DNA from: a virus
Taxonomy: Duplodnaviria > Heunggongvirae > Uroviricota > Caudoviricetes
Virus record (IMG/VR): IMGVR_UViG_3300028591_000077
Direction: 5' to 3' (one strand)
DNA: 64,000 bases
The notes beneath the pieces are model-generated. The model saw nothing but the letters and a program-made list of their open reading frames with translations, was not told the DNA's origin and made no database searches. Below, piece by piece: positions 41,069 through 50,443 of this stretch. Within the stretch, counting starts at the first letter, position 1. Each line of letters opens with the position of its first letter. Both the position numbers and the translations under genes were made by a program.

Positions 41069-41578
41069 ATGTCTGATAACAGAAATGATTATGGCGTGTT
41101 ATTGAATAAAGATATAAAACTCCATAGATTATATTTCAAACAAATGGTAAAGCTTATCGGTATAAATTGTATCTATAAGGCACCATTACCAAATAAAACA
41201 TTTGATAAACACGGAGACTTGGATGCAGACTATGCACCGGGTAAAGTTGTTGGGTGTATCTTTCAAGAGCATCCAGATCAAAAGACACTAAAGAAAATGG
41301 GTTGAGTTGCTGAACTTCAAGAAAGTTCTTCTATAATTCATGTTCCATATGACTTACCAAATTTACAAGTTGGTGCATTATTTATTGTTCCTAGTGGCAT
41401 CGACAATGCAATTGGACGAGTATTTCGTGTAATTAGCATGCAAAATATAATGGTTTATCCAGCCTCTATTGCTTGTGAGATAGCACCTGAGTGGGAAGAT
41501 GTTGATGAGCAAAATGCACACACAGATTTTTCAGAGGCAACAACTACACTTCTTATAGATGACGAGGAGGATGATTAA
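41069..41578 (+). CDS. Head closure/neck protein, gp14-like (TGA 41303 = Trp)
   Basis: FKQMVKLIGINCIY, LKKMGW, LQVGALFIVP, RVFRV; position in the neck cluster. Confidence 0.6.
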
Positions 41579-43362
41579 TGAGTTTTATATTAACAAATAA
41601 TGGTAAAATTAAATTAATTGAACGTTTTATTCTACAAGAAGATGATACCTCAATTTATAGCACAGCCGAAACTTATTGTGATAAAATTCTTGAATTCTTA
41701 AAAAATAGAATTACAGAAGCGGAAAATAAAGGCGGACAAAATTCTCAAAATACAAAAGTATTTGCAGATGCTAGAAATAAAACAAATGAGTTATTAACTA
41801 GAATAGAAAAAACTAATGCAAAAATCTGAAAATCAAAAGATAATGCCACAGTTAAAGCCTTAACTGTTCAATATGTTGAGGATGTTGAAGCTTTACTATT
41901 AAATTTAGATCCAGACTCTGCAAAGACAGAGCAGGCTAAAGTTAAAGCAATATTAGCAGATATAAAAACAGAAGCTAGAAGCAGTGAGCTAAATCAAAAA
42001 AGACTAAAAGAAAAAATTAGAAGCATTATGTCTGCTTTAGATGAAGCTATTTCTAAACTAAGTGGAATTTCATCTGAAGATGACGAAAATTCAAAAACAG
42101 TAAATGCCGGTGATTATATTCTTAATTTGCAAAATACTTACAATGACATTGCAAAAATTAGAACTATGATCGATAAGACAGATAAAACTATAACGGATGC
42201 TTTGATTTTAGAGTTACGTAAGCTTTATGATAAAGCTTCAATTGATGCTTTACCTGAATTTATGGAGCTATGTAAAGCTGCACATGAGGGTCTTATTGGT
42301 AAAACAGCTGCCAGCTCTGATATAAAGACTGATGACCATTATAGTTTGAATAAAGGTCAAGATATCGATTGGGCTAAAAAATATGACTCCATGTCTAATA
42401 AAGATGCCTTCTGGGAATATTATTATACAGTTGCATGGGGTGCACAAAAAGGCGCAAGAATAAAAGCACTTGGTGAAGCCTTTAAGCAAGAGTGTAGAGT
42501 TTATGGTTTTACAGAGGACACAAATCCATTCATAGTATATCTTGGCTGGGCATTAGACAGCTTTAATGTAACAAAAGACGTATATTTTGCCATTCATGAT
42601 GCAATAGCTCGTGGAAGTAGTGCAATAACTGAAAATGACTTGATACATAAAGGCGGTGATGCCTTAAATTTACTAAGAAACAGAGAATTTTATACTCTTT
42701 CTAACGATAGTGCTAGAACATATATAAACTATGTGGCAGAGGTTAAAAGACTCTCACCTACAGGACTTACTACTCTACGCCGCAACCTTGGTGCTAAAAA
42801 ACCACTAGCAGACGGAAGTGATGAGGCTAAAAAATATAATATTTTGACCTATCTTTCAAAGGATACTGCTAGTGACATAGATGCTATGACTATGAACTGA
42901 GTATTAATTTATCAAAATATTAAATTAAATACTTTACTTAATATAGAAAATACTGAGAGCATTACTGTTGCAGACGTTACTTCTGCAAAATTACGTCCAT
43001 TGGCAGAAATAAGAAGCTTACTTACGCTTCTAGGTGGTAAGATAAACACCACTGTTGCCTGGAATAATAAATCAAAAACAGCTCTTGTAGATTATATAAA
43101 AACTTCCAGCGCATATAAAACTGCTGCAGCTAAAGCAACAATTGCACGACAAATTATTGTTACAGCATGCATTACATACCTTACAGACCCTGATTTAACT
43201 GTTGTCTTAAAGATACCAAAGACACCTCTTGATAAAGTTACCATAAGTTCTGCAGACATGGCCGCAGCTAAAACAATAATTCTAAAATTTGGTGATAGAC
43301 TAACGAGAGCTAGTATAGAAGCCTTAATAAAAGAATTTGAGAAAGAAAAGATTATTAACTAA
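41578..43362 (+). CDS. 594-aa hypothetical protein (TGA 41827, 42898 = Trp)
   Basis: Three same-frame track ORFs join with no TAA/TAG between them; N-terminal KLIERFILQED. Confidence 0.7.
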
Positions 43363-43688
43363 TGCAATTTACTATTAGAAATGCTGCTGCAAATAAAGAT
43401 TGGATGTCTGCAAGGGTTCTATTGGACGCAAAAGCTATAATAATGGCGCATACTATAACACCCGGAGAAATCAATTTAAATAGATATCTGTTAAAAAATT
43501 ATGGCTTAAATCTAAAAGGTGCTTGTTTGTATTTGTTATCACGTAGCAAATTCTACAAAGACCTTGACAACTCAATAACAGTTTTATTCCAAAATAAAAA
43601 CGATGATAAATTAGCCTCGTTAATTACTTATGGTACTGGACTTATAAAAGGAAGCAATTTATTAAAAGAAGCTTTCTTCAGAATTTAA
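43362..43688 (+). CDS. hypothetical protein
   Basis: TAATG coupling; LASLITYGTG. Confidence 0.6.
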   Translation: MQFTIRNAAANKDWMSARVLLDAKAIIMAHTITPGEINLNRYLLKNYGLNLKGACLYLLSRSKFYKDLDNSITVLFQNKNDDKLASLITYGTGLIKGSNLLKEAFFRI

Positions 43689-43703
43689 TGAAAGGAGATT
43701 AAA

Positions 43704-44396
43704 ATGGCGTTAGAGTATTATGATGATGCAATTATTGCAAAACTTAAAAAATGAACACCAAATAATATAGAAATACGAGTGCTTAAGCCAGATGATACTA
43801 AACGCTTGTTTGAAACAATGGCAGACGATGCAAAAGATAAAAATGCTAAACTGCCACTTATTGCACTTTCAAAAAATAATGATATAGAATTACTTCTAAA
43901 TTATAAGGGACCAAGATCATTTGATGGCTTAAAAATGCAACAGACTGAAGCTGGCACAACTTTGTTAAATGCCATTCCAGTAAAATTGCAATACCAATTA
44001 GATATTTACACAAAAACATACGCAGAATCAAGCGAATATGTTAGACAATATTTATTTAAGTTAATAAATAATCCACTATTAAAAATTGTAGTTCCATATA
44101 ATGGACAAGAAATAGTACAAGTAGCGTATATCAGAGTATTAAGCACTATATCTGATACAAGTGATATACCTCAACATCTATTCCAAGGACAGTTCACGCG
44201 CTGGACAATTCAAATGGAAATACAAGATGCCTTCTTATTTGATGTTCCATATAAACGAAATTGGAAAATATACTGTGAGGATGAACTTGTTGATCCAAAA
44301 TATTACAGTGTATTAGAAATTGCTGAGACGGTAACTACCCCAGAGGTTGAAGAAAGTGAGGCTTTTAAACTTAACTTTCAAAAGCCACAATCATAA
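43704..44396 (+). CDS. Tail terminator/sheath stabiliser, gp15-like (TGA 43752 = Trp)
   Basis: YYDDAII, LPLIALS, AIPVKLQYQLDIYTK; located upstream of the sheath. Confidence 0.7.
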
Positions 44397-44419
44397 TTTA
44401 GATTTAATCATAAATTATT

Positions 44420-44434
44420 TGCTAAATTAATTGA
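44420..44434 (+). promoter_or_regulatory. phage late promoter motif
   Basis: TGCTAAATTAATTGA. Confidence 0.7.
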
Positions 44435-44496
44435 TGATTAAGATTATTTAATCAAAACTAAGTATACATTACAAAGGTTAAAAAGGAGAACAAAAC

Positions 44497-46218
44497 ATGC
44501 CAAAAAGTATTATAAGAGAATTTGACAATTCCAACACCGGCATTACTTTATCTTCAAGCTTTGCAGTTGTCGTTCCTGGTTATATGGGAATAGAAGAAAC
44601 TAAAAAGTCAGTTGATGAAGCTGTTGAAGCTGGAATCTACATTGGTGGCAATTATGATAAAGATAAGCAAACCTATGTCAATGGCGTTTACAGATTAGCT
44701 TCTACAAGCCAATTTAAAAAGTACATTGGTGCTTTTAAAGGTAAGAAAGAAGAAGCTACCGCTCCTACCGTAGAGCTTTTCTATCAAGAAGCTGAAGGCT
44801 TAGACAAGTTTAGAAGCGCTCTTACAGTTTCACAATTTACTGAAGCTATTGCCGCTGGTTATAATTTTTATAAAGGCATTGATATTATAGAAGGTGAAAC
44901 TGGCTTCGGTAAGAAAGGTAAACTATTAAAAACATTTACCACTGAAGAATTAGGCATTGAGGATACGAAAACTGTAAAATTTATTTATGTGCCAATTGAA
45001 ACACTTTATGATGATTTAAATGACGGCACAACAACTCATGCCTATTATAAAATCAAAGCCGGTAGTGAAGGTGCTGATGAAGTTCCTGAACAACACATTG
45101 GTAACCAAATAGCTTGGGAACTATTAAAGCTTGGTTATACAGTTTTATTTAAGAAATTAAATAAGGTTGAAAGCGATGGCACAGTTAAGAGTGCTACTGC
45201 TCAATTAAAAGAACCAGAATTCTGGGAAGCTTTCAAAAATAAGTCAACATATCAATTCCGCTACTTAACAACTGGTGGTTGCTATGATGCTAGCGTTGCA
45301 GACCAGTTAGCTGCTATTGCAAACTTCAATAATAAAGTTACAGTTGAAGAAGCTGATACTCTTCTTGGCAATAAATGCGGTCGTGGCGATATTATTGCAT
45401 TATTAGACCTTGATGAAAATTATAAACAACCAGTTGTTAACCCAGATACCGGCGCTATCATTGGATATAAGAAATCTATGGTAGAAGCTATTACACAAGA
45501 AGAATTAGTTGCTGCTACAGGTCGTGCAGCAAAAGCTTTACCTGATAGTAAATATGTTGCAATCTTTGGTCCAAATGTTATTTATAATATGGAACCAGAA
45601 GAAGACTTTGGTGATAATTTAAAATTCCCTGCTTCATTCCACTATTTAGTTTGTGCAATTAACGCACAGCAAAGATATTCTGAATGGTATGCTGTTGCTG
45701 GTTATGACCGTGGCGTTGGTTCATTATCAATTGCTTACCCAACCATTACATTTGGTGAAATTGCAATTAACACACTAGCTCCTAGAGTTATTAATAGCTT
45801 TACAGATAGAGCCGTTAACCTCATCTTAAGTGAAAGAGGTAACTACTATATTTGGGGAAATAGAACGTCTGCCAAATTAGATGATAAAGGCTTAAAGTTC
45901 AGTCACTTCTTAAATATCAGACAACTTTGCTGCACATTGAAGCAAGAATTATATCAAGCTACAAGAAGATTTACATTTAATCCTAATTCAGATATTCTTT
46001 GGGTGGATTTCGTTAATACAATTACGCCAACATTAGATAATATGAAGGCTAACCAAGGTATTAAAGATTATAGAATCACCAAAGTTAAAACAGACTTAAA
46101 AGCATTAGTGGTTGCTCGCATCAGAATTGTTCCTATTGAAGCCTTAGAAGACTTTGATATTAGTATACACTTAGAAGATTCATTAACTGGCACTGTGCTA
46201 AGCGTTGATGAAGAATAG
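44497..46218 (+). CDS. Tail sheath protein
   Basis: WYAVAGYDRG, YIWGNRT, FLNIRQL, FTFNPN, IRIVP. Confidence 0.92.
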   Translation: MPKSIIREFDNSNTGITLSSSFAVVVPGYMGIEETKKSVDEAVEAGIYIGGNYDKDKQTYVNGVYRLASTSQFKKYIGAFKGKKEEATAPTVELFYQEAEGLDKFRSALTVSQFTEAIAAGYNFYKGIDIIEGETGFGKKGKLLKTFTTEELGIEDTKTVKFIYVPIETLYDDLNDGTTTHAYYKIKAGSEGADEVPEQHIGNQIAWELLKLGYTVLFKKLNKVESDGTVKSATAQLKEPEFWEAFKNKSTYQFRYLTTGGCYDASVADQLAAIANFNNKVTVEEADTLLGNKCGRGDIIALLDLDENYKQPVVNPDTGAIIGYKKSMVEAITQEELVAATGRAAKALPDSKYVAIFGPNVIYNMEPEEDFGDNLKFPASFHYLVCAINAQQRYSEWYAVAGYDRGVGSLSIAYPTITFGEIAINTLAPRVINSFTDRAVNLILSERGNYYIWGNRTSAKLDDKGLKFSHFLNIRQLCCTLKQELYQATRRFTFNPNSDILWVDFVNTITPTLDNMKANQGIKDYRITKVKTDLKALVVARIRIVPIEALEDFDISIHLEDSLTGTVLSVDEE

Positions 46219-46238
46219 TTATAAAGGAGATATAGAAG

Positions 46239-46889
46239 ATGCCTATTACAAATTTTCCTAAAAACGGTCAAAAGGTAACTCCAGCTGAAAACTGGGATCA
46301 AAGCTTAAATACTGAGCACATTAGTAATAACCTTACTGGTTATGAAGCTGCCAGAAGCTCATTCTTCATTTTTCAGGTAAGTCCAGAAGAATTACAAAAT
46401 TTATTACCACCGGATATTGCTCCTAGTGAAGATGACAAAGATAATTACTATGACAGCAAGACTGTTTCGGATTATCTAAGATTAAATGTTGTTAAAGCAA
46501 GCATTCCATCATTCACCGTTGAAGCTGTACCATACAGACGTGGTAATGATGTAGTCAAGTATGCTGGTGTTCCAACATTCAATGATGGTAGTATTACTGT
46601 AGATGATGTTGTTGGACTTCACGTTAAAGATATGCTTTATGCTTGGTTATATCTCGCATACAACCCAAATACCCGTATGGGTGGTCGTATGGCTGAATAT
46701 AAGAAAAAAGCTACATTAATGGAGTATACACAAGACTACCAATTAATCAGAACTTGGACATTAGAAGGTTGCTTTATCACAGGAATCGAAGAATCTCAAT
46801 TCGACAGAGAAAATGACGAAAAGAGACAACTCTCAGTAAGTATCTCATATGATAGAGCTACAATGAAACCTGAGCATGAATCATTCTAG
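46239..46889 (+). CDS. Tail tube protein (gp19-like)
   Basis: KYAGVPTFNDGSIT, YKKKA, RTWTLEGCF, ISYDRA. Confidence 0.9.
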   Translation: MPITNFPKNGQKVTPAENWDQSLNTEHISNNLTGYEAARSSFFIFQVSPEELQNLLPPDIAPSEDDKDNYYDSKTVSDYLRLNVVKASIPSFTVEAVPYRRGNDVVKYAGVPTFNDGSITVDDVVGLHVKDMLYAWLYLAYNPNTRMGGRMAEYKKKATLMEYTQDYQLIRTWTLEGCFITGIEESQFDRENDEKRQLSVSISYDRATMKPEHESF

Positions 46890-46912
46890 TTTATACAATA
46901 AAATTAATTAAG

Positions 46913-46943
46913 AAAGCACATTATTATAATGTGCTTTTATTTT
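46913..46943 (+). terminator. intrinsic terminator
   Basis: AAAGCACATTA-tta-TAATGTGCTTT plus T tract. Confidence 0.75.
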
Positions 46944-46983
46944 AACAAAAAAATAAATTTATTAAATTTATTTTTCTTTTATG

Positions 46984-46998
46984 TGCTAAATTATATGA
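46984..46998 (+). promoter_or_regulatory. phage late promoter motif
   Basis: TGCTAAATTATATGA. Confidence 0.7.
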
Positions 46999-47039
46999 AT
47001 ACGGCGTATGTAAAATACTCCATATGAAAGGAAAAACTT

Positions 47040-47204
47040 ATGGGAAGAAAAAAGATTGACCGAAGCGATAAAATTATGCAAACATTTGAGACATCTATTC
47101 CTTTAAAGAAAAGACTGCAAGAACGCGCTGAAAAGCAAGGAATTACAGTATCTGCACTTATTAGGAATATATTAGAAACCTTTTTTGAAGAACATAGAAA
47201 TTAA
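47040..47204 (+). CDS. small ribbon-helix-helix protein (54 aa, not in the ORF track)
   Basis: MGRKKIDRSDKIMQTFETSIPLKKRLQERAEKQGITVSALIRNILETFFEEHRN; AAAGGA RBS. Confidence 0.75.
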   Translation: MGRKKIDRSDKIMQTFETSIPLKKRLQERAEKQGITVSALIRNILETFFEEHRN

Positions 47205-47223
47205 TTAGTAAAGGAGCAAAACT

Positions 47224-47994
47224 ATGGCAGAAGAAAGACAAACAAAGTACACAATTGCAGAAGGCTACGAATTACCATCAAAAGGAAAAATTTATAATGT
47301 TCCTGTTGACCCACACGTAGAATTAAGAAGCATGACTGCAAGAGATGAGATGAAAAGATTATCTCCATCATCTACTCAATTTAAAAAATTAGCAGATATC
47401 ATTGAAGGCTGCATGATTGAAAAGCCTGCTGTTCATGTTTATGATATGGCTTTAGGAGATTATGAATTCTTACTTCACAAACTAAGAACAGTTACTTATG
47501 GGCCGGAATATAAAATGAATATTCAATGCACCCACTGCTATGAGACTTTTGAAGAAACTGCAAGCTTAGAACAGTTACAAGTAATAGATTTCGATGAAGC
47601 TAAATTTAATTCATTAAGATCATTTAAGTTACCAGTGTCTGGCGACACAGTTAAAATTAGATTTCAAACTCCAAGAATGCTTGATGATATTGAACTACAA
47701 GTAAAAGAAGCTAAAAGAAAATTTAAGACTGCTGAAATTGATTTCGATACTATGTTTTTATTAAAAAACACTATTGAAGAAGTTAATGGAACACCTCTTG
47801 ATCCAACAAGCATGGAGACCTATATAAATAAGCTTCCAGCTAAGGATATGATGAAAATCTTAAATAATATTAATGAACTAAACGGCTGTGTGGGATTAGA
47901 TAGCACATTAGTAGTAGACTGCCCACATTGTGGAGGAGAGGTAAAAACGTTTTTTCGTTTTGGACCAGAGTTTTTTAGACCCTCAAACATATAA
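47224..47994 (+). CDS. Baseplate hub assembly / tail assembly chaperone (gp26-like)
   Basis: ELPSKGKIY, RSMTARDE, D.EFLL..LR..TYG, CTHC, CPHCG, EFFRP. Confidence 0.8.
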   Translation: MAEERQTKYTIAEGYELPSKGKIYNVPVDPHVELRSMTARDEMKRLSPSSTQFKKLADIIEGCMIEKPAVHVYDMALGDYEFLLHKLRTVTYGPEYKMNIQCTHCYETFEETASLEQLQVIDFDEAKFNSLRSFKLPVSGDTVKIRFQTPRMLDDIELQVKEAKRKFKTAEIDFDTMFLLKNTIEEVNGTPLDPTSMETYINKLPAKDMMKILNNINELNGCVGLDSTLVVDCPHCGGEVKTFFRFGPEFFRPSNI

Positions 47995-48208
47995 AGACGG
48001 TCAACCTTACGGACCTAAACGATACAAGGAAATTGTTTATGAATGTTGGTATATTAGTGATCAATTGCACACAAGTTATGCAGATGTATTAGATTTAAGT
48101 TATCAAGAACGATTATACTTGATTGAATATATAAATGCTAAAGCAAGTGCTCAACAAAAAGCAATAGCACAAATGCAACAAAACTTTGCAAACAAAAATC
48201 ACAAGTAA
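47960..48208 (+). CDS. gp51-like / frameshift-extension ORF before the tape measure gene
   Basis: SYADVLDLSYQERLYLIE; no ATG or RBS; overlaps the upstream gene near T6 runs. Confidence 0.6.
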   Translation: MDQSFLDPQTYKDGQPYGPKRYKEIVYECWYISDQLHTSYADVLDLSYQERLYLIEYINAKASAQQKAIAQMQQNFANKNHK

Positions 48209-48230
48209 TTAAAATTCGGAGGAAAGCTGA

Positions 48231-50432
48231 ATGGCAGATGGTATTAGAGAATTTGGCAGTATAGGCGGTAGTGGTGAAAGAGGCGGCTCCTATGGAGGCT
48301 CTAGCTCTTCTCTTTCTGAGTTTTTATATACTCTCCAAAAATATGAAGCAGATACACTTTCAGCTGAAGAAAAATTACAGCAATTAAGAATAACTAATGT
48401 TGAAAATTTAGGAAACCTAAGAAAATCTCAGCAAAAGCAACTTCTTGAAGAAATGGCTACTCAGGAGTCAATTCTTATTGATGAAATAAAGCAGAAAAAA
48501 TTAGATGCTTTACAGGAAGAATATAATACTGAGCTAGCACTTGCCGCTGAGCTAGGTGAAGAGGAATATAAAGCTCGTAAAGGCTATACGATAGATGAGT
48601 ATAAAGAAAGAGCTAAAAAGCAAAAAGAACTCATCAATAATGAGGCAAAGGCCAAAAAGGCTCAACGAAAGATAGAAGATGCCGAAAAGGCAAAGCAAGC
48701 TAAAAAAGATGCAAAAGCTGCTTACAAGAATTTCTTATCATCTGGAAAGCCTTTAGAACGTATTGGTAAAGCGTTTTCAGAAAAAATTTATAAAATAGAT
48801 GAAAATGGAAATAAAGTTGAAGCCGGTCGTGGCGCCACTGCTGCCGGCAGACTGGTAAACCTTGTTAACGTTTTAGGTGATTTAACACGACAACTAGATA
48901 GCACAATCGAAAAAATCGGTGGATATAAAAGTGCTATTGATACCCGTTTACAGGGGTCTAAGATGTCAAAAAACTGGGCAGGTTCTTACTGGGAACAAAT
49001 GTCTAGTGATATTACCGGTATTGCAGCTGTATCGCCATTTATTAAACAAAGTGCAATAGCCGATAGAATCAACGAATATGTTTCTCAAGGTATTGCATTC
49101 AACGTTGAACAAAGAGCGGTTATCCAAGAATTATCCGGAAAGATTGCTACTACATTTAATGCAGCTAATGGCACACTTTTAAGATTAATTCGTGTGCAAC
49201 AACAAGATTCTACTGCTGCACGTTTAGGCATGGAGTCTGCATTGACTGCGTTCTTAAATAACATGTATGAAACAACTGAATACATGAGCAGTATAGCCAA
49301 TTCCGTTAAAGGTAGCTTAGAAGAAGCTATGTCATTAATGTCTGGTGAAAATGCGCTATCATTTGAGTATCAAGTTCAAAAATGGTTAGGTTCATTATAC
49401 TCTGTAGGTATGTCCGACCAATCAGTTCAAAGCTTAGGTAGTGTTTTAGGAAAAGTTGCAGCAGGCCAACTCGAAGCTATCACTAGCGGCGGGCAAGGAA
49501 ACTTAGTTATTATGGCTGCAAACCAAGCTGGTTTAAATATATCAGATATTTTAACTAATGGCTTGACTGACTCAACAACTAATGAATTAATGAATGCTAT
49601 GGTAGACTATTTAGCAAAAATTGCTAAAGACGCCGGAGATAGCAGAGTTATTCAACAACAAATGGCTCAAGTTTACGGAATGACAGCTTCAGATTTACGA
49701 GCAGCTGTTAATCTAGCAAAATCTACTGGAGCAGTATCAAGAGATGGTTTAAATTATGCCACAGCTATTGGCCGACTTACAACAATGGCCAACACATTGC
49801 ACCAAAGAACAAGCATGGGTGAAATGATGAACAATATGTGGGACAATGTAAAATATACAATGTCTGCAGGTATTGCAAGCAATCCAGTATTATATGGTAT
49901 TTATAAAATAGCTAATATGTTATCAGATACCGTTGGTGGTATTGATATTCCACTTCCACTAGTTATGGGTTCTGGTATGAATATGGGCTTAAACGTAGCT
50001 AATTTAATGAGAGTTGGAGCATTAAGCGGCGGCATATTAAGTAATATAGGTAATATTATCGGTGGGCTTGGCAATAGCTTTAATGGCGCAGCAATGCTAA
50101 ATAGACTTGGAGTTACTGGAGGCCTTACCACTGTAACACGTGGCACCGGCGCTGGATTAGCCACGACTGGTGGAGCATCTGTATCTCAATCTGGTAGCAT
50201 GATAGGTAATTCAAGTGGCAGTGACGTCCAAAGCAAAACAATGACTGACGCAACAGATTCCGCTAAAGCCGAGGTTGCACAAGCATCAGAAGAAGATGAC
50301 CAAACAAAATTAAAAGACATTAGATCAGACGTTCTAGATATTTATCATTTATTACAGACAATAGCTAATGGCAGCACAACAATTAGAGTTGACGTTACAA
50401 ATCCAGAACTAAAAGTTAGCACTCTAATATAG
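48231..50432 (+). CDS. Tape measure protein (putative)
   Basis: Long helical A/G/S-rich protein following the tail chaperones. Confidence 0.7.
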   Translation: MADGIREFGSIGGSGERGGSYGGSSSSLSEFLYTLQKYEADTLSAEEKLQQLRITNVENLGNLRKSQQKQLLEEMATQESILIDEIKQKKLDALQEEYNTELALAAELGEEEYKARKGYTIDEYKERAKKQKELINNEAKAKKAQRKIEDAEKAKQAKKDAKAAYKNFLSSGKPLERIGKAFSEKIYKIDENGNKVEAGRGATAAGRLVNLVNVLGDLTRQLDSTIEKIGGYKSAIDTRLQGSKMSKNWAGSYWEQMSSDITGIAAVSPFIKQSAIADRINEYVSQGIAFNVEQRAVIQELSGKIATTFNAANGTLLRLIRVQQQDSTAARLGMESALTAFLNNMYETTEYMSSIANSVKGSLEEAMSLMSGENALSFEYQVQKWLGSLYSVGMSDQSVQSLGSVLGKVAAGQLEAITSGGQGNLVIMAANQAGLNISDILTNGLTDSTTNELMNAMVDYLAKIAKDAGDSRVIQQQMAQVYGMTASDLRAAVNLAKSTGAVSRDGLNYATAIGRLTTMANTLHQRTSMGEMMNNMWDNVKYTMSAGIASNPVLYGIYKIANMLSDTVGGIDIPLPLVMGSGMNMGLNVANLMRVGALSGGILSNIGNIIGGLGNSFNGAAMLNRLGVTGGLTTVTRGTGAGLATTGGASVSQSGSMIGNSSGSDVQSKTMTDATDSAKAEVAQASEEDDQTKLKDIRSDVLDIYHLLQTIANGSTTIRVDVTNPELKVSTLI

Positions 50433-50443
50433 GAGGTATTTTA

